From a virus: DNA of 38,813 bases. Below the pieces are notes generated by a model that was given only the letters and a program-made list of their open reading frames with translations, did not search any database and had not been told where the DNA came from. Shown here in pieces: positions 29,366 to 38,813 of this stretch. Made by a program: the position numbers and the translations under genes. Numbering within the stretch: position 1 is the stretch's first letter; each line of letters begins with the position of its first letter. The stretch lies in UHGV virus genome UHGV-0123627, one strand, 5' to 3'.

Positions 29366-30697
29366 ATGGCTACTTGGCAAGGAACAAACGGCGGATTGTT
29401 GGCTGGTATCGGCGGCGTCAACTCAAACGCTCCGAGCGTAAATGACATCGGCAATACGCTTCAGCTTATCAGGCAGAACAATGATATTGAGCGTTCAGGC
29501 GCTAACAATGTTGGGCTGACTGCTTTGCAAGGTCTTTCAGGTATTGCGGGTGTTTTTCAGCAGGAAAAGCAGGCTCAGCGGCAGAAAGAATTTCAGCAGG
29601 CGTACGCTAATGCTTATGCGTCTGGTGATCGCGGTGCTTTGCGTCAGTTGGCTACTCAATATCCAGACCAGATTGAATCCGTTCGTAAAGGCATGGGATT
29701 CATTGATGAAGAGCAGCGTAATTCTATCGGCACCTTAGCGGCTGGCGCACGCCTTGCGTCATCGTCTCCAGAAGCAATGCAATCATGGCTGCAAAACAAC
29801 GCCGGTGAGTTAGCTCGTGTTGGCGTTAATCCTCATGACGTCGCTCAGATGTACCAACAGAACCCGCGGCAGTTCGGCGAATTTGTCGATCACCTGGGGA
29901 TGAACAGTCTCGGGCCCGAAAAATACTTTGACCTACAGGATAAAATGCAGGGTCGCCAGGTTACCATGCGCGGTCAGGATCTGGATTCGCAAACCGCCGC
30001 TCGGAATCAGGCAATCACAATGCGCGGACAAGATATCCAGGCGAATTTAGGTCAGCAGCGCATTAATCTGGACGCAGAAACAAACCGCATTAACAACGAA
30101 AATAAGCGCCTTGACCGGATGCTATCAGCAGAAACTAACGACCTGAAGCGCCAGGAAATACAGAGCCGCATAGCAGCCAACAACCAGCAGTTGCAGCAGA
30201 AGCAGCAAGCGCTAAATGATGGCTACAAAGACGGCATCAACACCCTCACAACCAGCATGTTCACTCTGAACGATATCGTTAGTTCTCCTTCACTTAAGAG
30301 CATTACAGGCTTACGTGGAGTAATCCCCAACGTTCCAGGCTCACAGGCTGCAGACACTCAGGCACGACTTGATACCTTTAAATCCCAAGCATACCTGACA
30401 GCGGTTCAGGCCATGCGAGGCATGGGCGCACTTTCTGATGCCGAGGGCAAAAAGCTCGACCAGGCTGTTGGTTCGCTGCAGAACTCACAGAGCGAGGAGT
30501 CCTTTCGTCGCAACGCTGGCGTCATCCTGAACACGCTCAACCAGAAGCGTAATGAGGCGGTTGGTAAGTACGTTCAGCAAAACGGTATCAAGCGAGTGGA
30601 AGCGCCTCAGGCTTCTATAGATTACCTGAAGCAGCACCCCGAGCTGTCAATCGACTTCATTAATCGCTACGGATATCTTCCATCTTTGGGGCAGTAA
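29366..30697 (+). CDS. Ejection/internal protein (P22 gp20 position)
   Basis: 443-aa Gln-rich protein; assigned by gene order. Confidence 0.7.
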   Translation: MATWQGTNGGLLAGIGGVNSNAPSVNDIGNTLQLIRQNNDIERSGANNVGLTALQGLSGIAGVFQQEKQAQRQKEFQQAYANAYASGDRGALRQLATQYPDQIESVRKGMGFIDEEQRNSIGTLAAGARLASSSPEAMQSWLQNNAGELARVGVNPHDVAQMYQQNPRQFGEFVDHLGMNSLGPEKYFDLQDKMQGRQVTMRGQDLDSQTAARNQAITMRGQDIQANLGQQRINLDAETNRINNENKRLDRMLSAETNDLKRQEIQSRIAANNQQLQQKQQALNDGYKDGINTLTTSMFTLNDIVSSPSLKSITGLRGVIPNVPGSQAADTQARLDTFKSQAYLTAVQAMRGMGALSDAEGKKLDQAVGSLQNSQSEESFRRNAGVILNTLNQKRNEAVGKYVQQNGIKRVEAPQASIDYLKQHPELSIDFINRYGYLPSLGQ

Positions 30698-33091
30698 ATG
30701 GCTAATTACCGTGATTTGTTAGAGCAGGCTGGCGCACGTTACGGTGTGCCAGAAGGGTTGATGACTGCACTGGGTGCCAAGGAGTCTTCTTACAACCCTG
30801 CCGCAGTAAGCTCCGCCGGGGCTGTAGGATTGACTCAGGTCATGCCTGGGACATGGCGTGATATGGGTTATACCGATGAGCAAATGCAAAACCCCGAATA
30901 TCAGGCTGACGCTGGCGCGCGCTATCTGGCAAAGATGTACCAGCAGTTTGGTAACTGGCGTGACGCTCTTCAGGCTTATCACGACGGTCCCGGCAACGTT
31001 ATGAAGGCAAAGCGTGGTGAATATACGCCAGGACCTGAAGGCCGCGGTTACGTTGATGATCGCTTTGCTCAATGGGCTGGTGACCCGGTGACAGACTCAA
31101 CAGTCGAACAGCGCGCCACCTCTGCAAAGGTACATCCTCAGCAAGACCCTAACAACCCGTTTGCACAACTGGAAGTACAGTCATCCGAACAAGTATCGGC
31201 ATCAGGTGTGCAGTCAGACCCAAATAATCCATTTGCTCAGATTGAGCAGCAGGCAGCCAGTCAGCAGCCACCTCAACCCGTAAGTTCTGTCGCACCGAAA
31301 CCTGTTCAGCAGCAAGGCGGAATAATGTCTGACCTTGGTAATGGACTTGCTGAAACCGGGCGCGGCTTACTACAGGCAGGAATCAACGTAGCGAACATAC
31401 CTGCTGAACTCACTGATGCTGTAACAAGCGCGGCGGCTTGGGCTGGCGGTAAACTCGGCATTGGCGATGGTACATATCAACCAGCGCCACGAGTAACAAC
31501 GCAGGGATTAGAGCAGGACTTTGGCCTTCAGCAAGGCGCGCTGACTCCACAAACGACAGAGGGAAGGGTATTTGCTGAAGCATTGCCTTACCTCACTCCT
31601 GCTGGCATTGAGAGAGCGGCAACACAGGCACCAACACTCGCTGGTAGAATCGCTCAGGGTGCAACTCGCCTTCTCGCTGAAAACGCAGTCGGGTCACTTG
31701 CTGCAAATAGTGCGAAAGATGATGCGGAAGCACTCGCTACCGATTTAGGTGTTGGCGTTCTGGCTGGCGGCGCTATTAACGCTGCCGGACGTGGATTAGG
31801 TGCTGCTTATCGTGGTGTTCGTGGTTCGATAGCACCAGAAGCGCAGCAGGCTATCAGATTTGCAGAGCGTGAAGGAGTTCCTCTGCACACCACAGACCTG
31901 TTACAACCAACCTCCCGCATCGGAAAAATGGCGCAGACTACAGCAGAAAATATCCCTCTGGCTGGCACAAGCGGAATGAGAGCAACGCAACAGGAAGCGA
32001 GAAGCCAGTTGGTGCAGAGATTTGCCGATAAATTCGGTGAGTATGATCCAGCGGTTGTTATTGACAGCCTTAAAGCGAAAACATCAGGAATTCGTCGTGC
32101 CGCCGGTAATCGACTGGAGCAGGTTCAGAATGCTATGGCTGGAGTAAACATTCAGCCTGCGCGAGCAATTCAGCAGATTGATACAGAAATATCTAACCTG
32201 CAGAAGCTTGGTAAGGTTGCTGATAACGAGACAATTTCAAAACTTCAGTCATATCGTGATGAGCTTGTTCGCAATGCTGGCCCTGATGGCCCGGTAAATC
32301 TGGATTTGAAGCAATTAAGCGATCTGCGCAGCCAGTTCAGAATGGACGTGAAGGGTGAGCGACCAGTGTTACCAAACCGTTCCGATGCCGCCATACAGCG
32401 CGTTTACAAGGCGATGACCGACGATATCAATGGTGCCATTGGTCAGAATCTTGGCAATGATACTCTTCGTAAATATCAGCAGGCCAATTCCGTCTACGCT
32501 GACGAAGCGGCGAAACTAAAGAATACCAGGCTGAAGAATGTTCTCATGAAAGGCGACCTGACGCCGGAAGTTGTCAACAACATGCTATTCAGCAAGAACA
32601 AATCTGAAATTAAGACGCTGTATAACTCAGTTGGTCGTGTTGGCAGGGCGCAAATGCGCAATGGCATCATTGGAAAGGCGATGGAGAAATCTGGCGGATC
32701 CCCTGACCAGTTCCTTCGGCAGCTTAACATCCTGCAAAACCAGACTGGCATCACATTTAAGGGGCAGGATGCTGATTATCTGAAAGGATTGAAAAATTAC
32801 CTTCAGTCCACTCAGCAGGCAGCAAAAGCGGCAGTAACAACACCAACAGGGCAGCAAACCATCCCGTTCATTATCGGGTATGGGACGGCAATGAACCCGG
32901 CGACAACTGGCGCAGCGGTAAGCTACGGACTTCTTACTCGCGCCTATGAGAGCGAACCATTCAGAAATGCAATGCTCCGAATGGCAAACACCCCACGCGG
33001 ATCGACAGCGTTTGAGAAAGCCATGCAGCAAGCGCAAAAAGCGATTAATGCACTGACGCAGGGTGCGAAGTCTGATTCGTTATCAGAATAG
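30698..33091 (+). CDS. Ejection/internal protein (P22 gp16 position) with N-terminal lytic transglycosylase domain
   Basis: 797-aa; N-terminal about 130 aa carry an SLT-like motif (AKESSYNPAAVSSAGAVGLTQVMPGTW ... AYHDGPGN); the remainder is Ala/Gly/Gln-rich. Confidence 0.75.
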   Translation: MANYRDLLEQAGARYGVPEGLMTALGAKESSYNPAAVSSAGAVGLTQVMPGTWRDMGYTDEQMQNPEYQADAGARYLAKMYQQFGNWRDALQAYHDGPGNVMKAKRGEYTPGPEGRGYVDDRFAQWAGDPVTDSTVEQRATSAKVHPQQDPNNPFAQLEVQSSEQVSASGVQSDPNNPFAQIEQQAASQQPPQPVSSVAPKPVQQQGGIMSDLGNGLAETGRGLLQAGINVANIPAELTDAVTSAAAWAGGKLGIGDGTYQPAPRVTTQGLEQDFGLQQGALTPQTTEGRVFAEALPYLTPAGIERAATQAPTLAGRIAQGATRLLAENAVGSLAANSAKDDAEALATDLGVGVLAGGAINAAGRGLGAAYRGVRGSIAPEAQQAIRFAEREGVPLHTTDLLQPTSRIGKMAQTTAENIPLAGTSGMRATQQEARSQLVQRFADKFGEYDPAVVIDSLKAKTSGIRRAAGNRLEQVQNAMAGVNIQPARAIQQIDTEISNLQKLGKVADNETISKLQSYRDELVRNAGPDGPVNLDLKQLSDLRSQFRMDVKGERPVLPNRSDAAIQRVYKAMTDDINGAIGQNLGNDTLRKYQQANSVYADEAAKLKNTRLKNVLMKGDLTPEVVNNMLFSKNKSEIKTLYNSVGRVGRAQMRNGIIGKAMEKSGGSPDQFLRQLNILQNQTGITFKGQDADYLKGLKNYLQSTQQAAKAAVTTPTGQQTIPFIIGYGTAMNPATTGAAVSYGLLTRAYESEPFRNAMLRMANTPRGSTAFEKAMQQAQKAINALTQGAKSDSLSE

Positions 33092-33181
33092 CCTTTCAAA
33101 CACCAGGAACGTGCAAAAACCAAATATGTAGAACGCGAGGTTTATCGTATCCCTCTGCATAGGCGATACCTTTGCTGATTG

Positions 33182-33667
33182 TTATCTGATGCTACTGCTA
33201 CTGTTGCATGTTACCGTGTTTCCAAATCCTGAATTGCAGTTTGTATATGTGTCAACGCGTGTTGGGTAAGGTTGAGTTATAACAGGCTGGCGCGCTTTTT
33301 GCTCGATCGCTTGCATTGTGTTTACAGCCTGATAATTCAATAAAGCCTGCTGGAATGCTTGGCTTTGTGCTATTTGTTGGGCTTGTTCTTGGCTTTGTAA
33401 TTGAACATAAAGATTCTGAAGCTCAAGTCTTGCCTGTGCGTCACTTATCTTGCCTTCATCGACGCCTTGCCCGAGCATCTTTGCAGCAAGGACATACAGC
33501 TTAGGTGTTGGTGCTGATGCCATGCGTGAGTCGTTCTTCACACTGGCATCAAGGCAATTAGCCATATCGCTAAGCTTTTGATAGCGTTGTTCGCAACTTG
33601 CTTGATAGTCACTTACTTTTGCGCATCCAACCAGCAGAAGCGGGATAATTAACAGTGATTTTTTCAT
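33182..33667 (-). CDS. Predicted lipoprotein (161 aa), hypothetical
   Basis: MKKSLLIIPLLLVGCAK with lipobox LLVGC; Gln-rich C-terminal part; AAGGAG upstream. Confidence 0.7.
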   Translation of the reverse strand: MKKSLLIIPLLLVGCAKVSDYQASCEQRYQKLSDMANCLDASVKNDSRMASAPTPKLYVLAAKMLGQGVDEGKISDAQARLELQNLYVQLQSQEQAQQIAQSQAFQQALLNYQAVNTMQAIEQKARQPVITQPYPTRVDTYTNCNSGFGNTVTCNSSSSIR

Positions 33668-33737
33668 ATGGTTAACTCTCCTTAGTTTTTCACAGGATAT
33701 CATGAAGGCAATGCCATTTTAGCCGGAAACTAGATTT

Positions 33738-34004
33738 CTATGTTTCCTTTTTATTATTGCTATACATGGTCTTAAGCGTTTCAAAAACCATTTTCTTAAC
33801 CATATCAGATTGTTGCTCTGCCATACGCTCTGCATCGTCAATGTAAACGGATGCAGAGCTTTGTTTAGCCAATGATTCTTCAATCGCTGCAATTATCTCT
33901 GAGTTCAGCGATCTGTTATTCATCTTCGCACGCTGTTTAATTTTCGCGTGGAGTTCATGCGGAAGTCTCAAGTGAAACTGCGCCTCGTCGTATTTGCTGT
34001 ACAT
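33738..34004 (-). CDS. mnt: Mnt-like ribbon-helix-helix repressor
   Basis: ...SLNSEIIAAIEESLAKQSSASVYIDDAERMAEQQSDMVKKMVFETLKTMY... parallels P22 Mnt (RSMNSELLQIVQDAL...NDAERLADEQSELVKKMVFDTLKDLYKK) as remembered. Confidence 0.8.
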   Translation of the reverse strand: MYSKYDEAQFHLRLPHELHAKIKQRAKMNNRSLNSEIIAAIEESLAKQSSASVYIDDAERMAEQQSDMVKKMVFETLKTMYSNNKKET

Positions 34005-34125
34005 CCTTGATGCCTCACCAGTTGGGTGGAATGGCATCGTAACCTACTGGATAAATACTCAATAGTACCATTTCGGTATGCAATCAAATCATGGTTGCAT
34101 CATATCATTCGTCTGGAGCAATGAA

Positions 34126-35931
34126 ATGTCAGATATCACCGCAAATGTTGTGGTAAGCATGCCTTCTCAACTCTTCACTATGGCTCGTTCTTTTAAAGCT
34201 GTAGCCAATGGCAAAATTTATATCGGTAAAATTGACACTGACCCGGTAAATCCTGAAAACCAGATTCAGGTTTATATAGAGAACGAAGACGGTTCTCACG
34301 TTCCTGTTTCGCAACCAATCATCATTAATGCTGCTGGTTACCCCGTATATAACGGACAGATTACCAAGTTCGTAACTGTACAGAATCACTCCATGGCTGT
34401 ATATGATGCGTATGGCGCACAACAATTCTATTATCCTGATCTACTGAAATATTCTCCAGATCAGTTAAGGGCTGAGCTTTCTGGCCCTGATGGCGCATCT
34501 CTGGTTGGTTATGGAGATGAAACTGTCAAAGATGCTCTTGACAATAATGCCCATAAAATAGATACGTTGAGAAGTGACTTGGCTGCTGATGATGGCTTTC
34601 GCCACATAGGCAACTTTCTCAATTTAGATGCGCTGAGGGATTCAATACCATTAGTTGCTGGAGAAATTGTCTATGTAGCTTCAGCAGCAAGTGCTACAGC
34701 AACTGAAAAACATTATGGCGGTGGTTACTTCCAGTCTTTCGACAATAGCACATCACAGATTGCCGATGATGGAGGGATTGTTATTGTTCCAAGTTCAGGT
34801 AAATTTGCTTGGAGGAGGGTTGTTGATGGTGAGATATGGGTAGAGTATTTTGGAGCAAAACCGATAAATGATTTTGACAACGCCTCTGCAATATCAAAGG
34901 CTTTATCATATGGATATGATAATAATACCCCTATTCATTTTATGTCAGGTGAATATCTAACCTCCGAAAGTCCTGTTGTAAAGTCATGGTCTGGAATCAT
35001 AGGTCAAGGTCAAAATAAGACGATTATCTCTAAAACAACAAATAACGCGAACACCATAATTTCTGGAGTCTCAGTGGATGCACTGCTGATTATTCTTCCA
35101 AAAAAATTCGTTGTAGATGGTGTTGAGAGTGATAACTATGCTACAGGCGTAGAGATACAAGGTGTTACTTTAAGACGTCATGAAATTATAGATAGAAATA
35201 ATCAACCAACATATGGAATATACTCTCCTTACATGGCTTCAAGTTTGTTAAGAGACTTGCGTGTAGAATGTGGGTATTATGGTTTTTGGGGTGAAGATTG
35301 CTTCTCAAATATATTTGAACGGTGCGGTTTTTTAGGTTTGGCTATTGGGCAGTTTACTGGTTTTTATTTAGGTAAAGTGAGGGATGGTATATATAACCTT
35401 TCTGGAACAAGTAATCTTCTAGACCAGGTGGGAGTTGTTAATTATCAAATTGGTTTTGAAATTGACGCTCAACAGTACACAACACTAAATTGTTGTACTG
35501 CTGATTCTATATTTCCTATGTCTGGTACTACTGAGACAATATCAAGAGCTTATCTTTTCAATAACCCTCATGGAATAACAATGAATAGTTGTGGAAGTGA
35601 GAATGTAAAGGGGGAAAGAATAGCAGTAGTCCAAGCTTCGCCATCTATTTATGACGGTACAATGGTGATAAATGGATGTCAATTTCAGGTTGTCCCAGCA
35701 AATCCACCAATTTCTTTGCCAATATTTAGGTTTGAGAACAATGGCACAAATTCATTTAATTTGTACATAACAGTAAATTCATCTAACTTTCGTCGAGATT
35801 CTTCTACAACACCAAACCTAATTCAAGGATATGTTTATGGTGGTACTGGCGCTGTCACAGTCGTAAGATTCATAGCATCTGTTCTTGAAGATCCGATAAC
35901 GGCAGGAAATGTAGATGTTAAACTAATTTAG
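34126..35931 (+). CDS. Tailspike protein (P22 gp9-like head-binding domain, divergent receptor-binding domain)
   Basis: [79 protein letters not shown]... matches the P22 tailspike N-terminal domain; the rest is dissimilar; GGAG 7 nt upstream. Confidence 0.9.
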   Translation: MSDITANVVVSMPSQLFTMARSFKAVANGKIYIGKIDTDPVNPENQIQVYIENEDGSHVPVSQPIIINAAGYPVYNGQITKFVTVQNHSMAVYDAYGAQQFYYPDLLKYSPDQLRAELSGPDGASLVGYGDETVKDALDNNAHKIDTLRSDLAADDGFRHIGNFLNLDALRDSIPLVAGEIVYVASAASATATEKHYGGGYFQSFDNSTSQIADDGGIVIVPSSGKFAWRRVVDGEIWVEYFGAKPINDFDNASAISKALSYGYDNNTPIHFMSGEYLTSESPVVKSWSGIIGQGQNKTIISKTTNNANTIISGVSVDALLIILPKKFVVDGVESDNYATGVEIQGVTLRRHEIIDRNNQPTYGIYSPYMASSLLRDLRVECGYYGFWGEDCFSNIFERCGFLGLAIGQFTGFYLGKVRDGIYNLSGTSNLLDQVGVVNYQIGFEIDAQQYTTLNCCTADSIFPMSGTTETISRAYLFNNPHGITMNSCGSENVKGERIAVVQASPSIYDGTMVINGCQFQVVPANPPISLPIFRFENNGTNSFNLYITVNSSNFRRDSSTTPNLIQGYVYGGTGAVTVVRFIASVLEDPITAGNVDVKLI

Positions 35932-35938
35932 CTATAAG

Positions 35939-36012
35939 AAAGCCGTTAATTTTTATATTCAACGGCTTTAATTGTTTCTGCAAAAGACCATATCTTTAGG
36001 AGATGGTCTTTT
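35939..36012. terminator. Two hairpins between convergent tailspike and gtr genes (bidirectional terminators)
   Basis: AAAGCCGTT-loop-AACGGCTTT and AAAAGACCAT-loop-ATGGTCTTTT, both perfect stems flanked by A/T runs. Confidence 0.55.
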
Positions 36013-36027
36013 GCTTAATTGTGGTGT

Positions 36028-37488
36028 TTATTTACATAAAGAATCATCAAAACTCACCATTACATTCTCATTATCACGATAAATTTTAATATCATTAGAT
36101 GAATAAATTAGTGTTGATTTACAATAGTCCTTCATGAACATAGATACTTCTTTACTGGAAAAATCAGGATAATTTTGATTTACTCCTCTAATCTTGAGGT
36201 ATACATGAGAGCCATACCAGTTATAGAAGTAGTCGAGTACTATTGTTTTGAATAGTGGATAATTTAATTCTGAATTAAGTAGTATAGGGGATTTTGGTGA
36301 ACTACCATTAAACATAACATTAACACTATTTTCGGGTATGTTTTTTAACGCTAGCCCAATAATTTCAGCAATGTATTTATTTTTATCATCTTGTGCTCGC
36401 AAAGCATTTCCATATGAATAAAAAAGAGTAATTATATAAAAAAGGAATATTAAAAATATACCGTTGACAATTCTTGTGTTATTTATTCCCAAATATAAAA
36501 GGGTGAAGATGAATAAAAAAAGACCATTAAACCCAATATAAACCCTTGCAAAAGTTGTTAGAGTGTTTTCAAGGAGAAGTAATGAAATCATTGATGATAT
36601 AAAAGTCAAAGGTAATGATAACACTGCCATCAAAGATAAAAAAACAGCAGCATTACACTTGTGTTTTTTAATGTAAACAAAAACCAATTTAATGGCAAAT
36701 GCAAATGATACAATAAAACTACCAATTAATAATTCACTCCCATGCTCAGGGATTATATTTCTAGTGTAGAAATCATAATACGCAATAAAGTTCTTATGAA
36801 TTACATCTATAATATTTGTGGCAACTCCTGGGTGATTTTGACTATTGTCATTAACATGAGTTAACGGCAGTACAACCCTCATATAGATAACAGCGCCAAC
36901 CAATACTTCGATAATTCGAAATGCAATTGACTTTATTATGTGTGTTGGCTCTTTATTATTCTTTATGTTAACAAACATTTCTATAGAGATTAATATAAAA
37001 ACTATATTAATAGATGCTTGGTAAAATGAAAATAAGATAACTATAAAGCTAGAATGTAAAATAAATGAAATTACCGTGTTTTTATAGTTTAGACAAATAA
37101 ATGCAAATGCAAAAAATATCGAAGCTGAGATGGTTAAGCTATCAAACCTGTATGATAGAGGTTCGATTATAAATGGACTTAATAAAAATGACAACGGTAA
37201 AAAAAGATAATGATTATCTGAATTAAATAATTTAATGTGAAATAGATAAAATGAAATAGACAATAGCAAACATGCTATTATTAGAGGCAATGGAGCCAAG
37301 TCAGTTAGATGATTGTTAAAATTAAGAATAATCATTAATCTATCTGATAATGGTCTACCATCAATTCCCCAATAAGTTACGCCGCTCATTGCTCTGCTCA
37401 TATCATCGCTGTAGTAAACATTTGCAATTATAATTGGGAGCGCAAGTAAGAATGTGATAAATAAGTAAATCTTAATGTTATTTTTCAT
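36028..37488 (-). CDS. Serotype-specific O-antigen glucosyltransferase (GtrC-type polytopic membrane protein)
   Basis: 486-aa very hydrophobic multi-TM protein in AT-rich DNA, directly downstream of gtrB in the same operon. Confidence 0.75.
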   Translation of the reverse strand: MKNNIKIYLFITFLLALPIIIANVYYSDDMSRAMSGVTYWGIDGRPLSDRLMIILNFNNHLTDLAPLPLIIACLLLSISFYLFHIKLFNSDNHYLFLPLSFLLSPFIIEPLSYRFDSLTISASIFFAFAFICLNYKNTVISFILHSSFIVILFSFYQASINIVFILISIEMFVNIKNNKEPTHIIKSIAFRIIEVLVGAVIYMRVVLPLTHVNDNSQNHPGVATNIIDVIHKNFIAYYDFYTRNIIPEHGSELLIGSFIVSFAFAIKLVFVYIKKHKCNAAVFLSLMAVLSLPLTFISSMISLLLLENTLTTFARVYIGFNGLFLFIFTLLYLGINNTRIVNGIFLIFLFYIITLFYSYGNALRAQDDKNKYIAEIIGLALKNIPENSVNVMFNGSSPKSPILLNSELNYPLFKTIVLDYFYNWYGSHVYLKIRGVNQNYPDFSSKEVSMFMKDYCKSTLIYSSNDIKIYRDNENVMVSFDDSLCK

Positions 37489-38404
37489 TTTTAGAACTCT
37501 TTAAAAGATATTTCGGCCTTTGCTTTGTTTCAATATAAATTCGTCCAATGTACTCACCAAGAACACCAATACCAATGAGTTGGATACCACCAAGGAAAAG
37601 TATAGATACTAGCAGGGATGGATAACCTCTAACCGGGTTTCCAAACGCCAGAGTGTCCAGAATCATCCATGCGCCATATGTAAATGCTAAGCCAGCGACG
37701 AGAAGGCCGATGTAAGTCCACATACGTAGCGGAAAAGTCGAGAAGCTCGTAATTCCCTCAAGAGCAAGATTCCACAACTTCCATCCGTTGAACTTGGTAC
37801 TGCCAGCAACACGTTCTGCGCGGGCATAATCAACGATATCAGTGCGACCACCAACCCAACTCAAAACACCCTTCATGAAAAGGTTGCGTTCTGGCATGAG
37901 CTTAATGTTCTCTACGACTTCACGAGACATCAGACGGAAATCACCAACATTTTCCTCGATCTGCGGATTGCTGATTTTATTGTGAAGCTTATAGAACCAC
38001 TCGGCGGTTTTCCTCTTCAGTCTGCCATCCGTTGAGCGGTCAGATCGTTTAGCAAGCACCATATCAGCACCTGCCTGCCACTTTTCAATAAGATGAGGAA
38101 TAACCTCAATCGGGTCTTGCAGGTCAACATCAATTGGAATCACGGCATCGCCAGTTGCATGGTCTAACCCTGCAAACAATGCTGGTTCTTTACCAAAGTT
38201 GCGTGTAAATGACAGCGGAACAACTAGCGGATCATAAACAGCCAGAGCGTTAATGATTGACTCCGTAGAGTCTTTGCTACCATCATTTATAAAAACAATT
38301 TCTACTTCATATGGCTTCAACTCTTCGAATTCACGTACCGTTTTATAAAAAATTGGTATCGCTTCTTCTTCATTGAAGACAGGAACTACAAGAGATATCT
38401 TCAT
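37478..38404 (-). CDS. gtrB: Bactoprenol glucosyltransferase GtrB (GT2 family)
   Basis: 308-aa [47 protein letters not shown]... with two C-terminal TM segments. Confidence 0.95.
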   Translation of the reverse strand: MKISLVVPVFNEEEAIPIFYKTVREFEELKPYEVEIVFINDGSKDSTESIINALAVYDPLVVPLSFTRNFGKEPALFAGLDHATGDAVIPIDVDLQDPIEVIPHLIEKWQAGADMVLAKRSDRSTDGRLKRKTAEWFYKLHNKISNPQIEENVGDFRLMSREVVENIKLMPERNLFMKGVLSWVGGRTDIVDYARAERVAGSTKFNGWKLWNLALEGITSFSTFPLRMWTYIGLLVAGLAFTYGAWMILDTLAFGNPVRGYPSLLVSILFLGGIQLIGIGVLGEYIGRIYIETKQRPKYLLKSSKNEK

Positions 38405-38763
38405 TTCGCATCCCTAAAGACAATGAACTTTGAATAGACGAAACCGCACACCAGGCTGATGGCGGAGAAAGTGATAAGGGTGACCATCGGGGGAAGGGCG
38501 CATCTATCAGCAGCCCACCCGACGACAACACTCAATGTTCCCATGAATCCCACGTATAACAAGTAACGCATCGTTGTAGTCGATGCCTTGAATGTGAATT
38601 TTGCATTCGCGAAGAAGCTAAAACTCACAGCCACAACGAAACCTGCGAAGTTTGCAAGAGCTTGGTTTGTATGCGCGGCATAGATACAAACACCAAAAAC
38701 CACCCAGTGTATAAGGGTGTTCAGCACACCAATCGAGGTGTACTTTGCAAATAGCTTTAACAT
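38401..38763 (-). CDS. gtrA: GtrA flippase-like small membrane protein
   Basis: 120-aa four-TM protein [31 protein letters not shown]... ending in ...FIVFRDAK; first gene of the gtr operon. Confidence 0.9.
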   Translation of the reverse strand: MLKLFAKYTSIGVLNTLIHWVVFGVCIYAAHTNQALANFAGFVVAVSFSFFANAKFTFKASTTTMRYLLYVGFMGTLSVVVGWAADRCALPPMVTLITFSAISLVCGFVYSKFIVFRDAK

Positions 38764-38813
38764 TTATTTAATCAATGAGTTCTGAAAGGCATGAAGTCTA
38801 TCATCCAAGTCTC

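Noticed and set aside
38764-38813. Checked for the att core or P-arm and for GATC/OxyR phase-variation elements upstream of gtrA
   Set aside because: Only 50 bp are available; no GATC sites or lambda P-arm motifs are visible, so nothing can be called from this fragment.

Overview
The window reads as one almost complete mosaic lambdoid prophage, running from the P' arm of a lambda-type att site (position 1) to the start of a gtrABC O-antigen glucosylation operon (about 38.76 kb). Left to right: lambda int-xis; an accessory block replacing lambda ea8.5; lambda ea22, a TraR-like gene, exo-bet-gam-kil-cIII-ea10-ral-N; a phage 434-type immunity region (cI, cro, 14-bp OL and OR operators, nutL and nutR); a P22-type replication pair (O-like initiator with internal iterons, DnaB-family helicase); a lambda-like nin region lacking ninC; a non-lambda Q antiterminator with a candidate pR' and tR'; two tRNA genes; a holin, SAR-endolysin, Rz/Rz1 lysis cassette; a P22/Sf6-type packaging and virion module (small and large terminase, portal, scaffold, coat, gp4/gp10/needle homologues, three ejection proteins); an orphan mnt repressor with a divergent lipoprotein; a tailspike; and gtrA-gtrB plus a type-specific gtr. 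All calls come from reading the ORF translations and the raw sequence against remembered phage proteins and motifs; no search or computation was run. No single clear undescribed system stands out. The candidate loci are the secreted protein coupled to cI in the rexAB slot, the orphan mnt plus lipoprotein pair, the four-gene block between xis and ea22, the small-ORF islands after Rz, and an ochre codon that shortens ral by 7 residues. Motif coordinates (operators, terminators, tRNAs) were counted by hand and may be off by a base or two.
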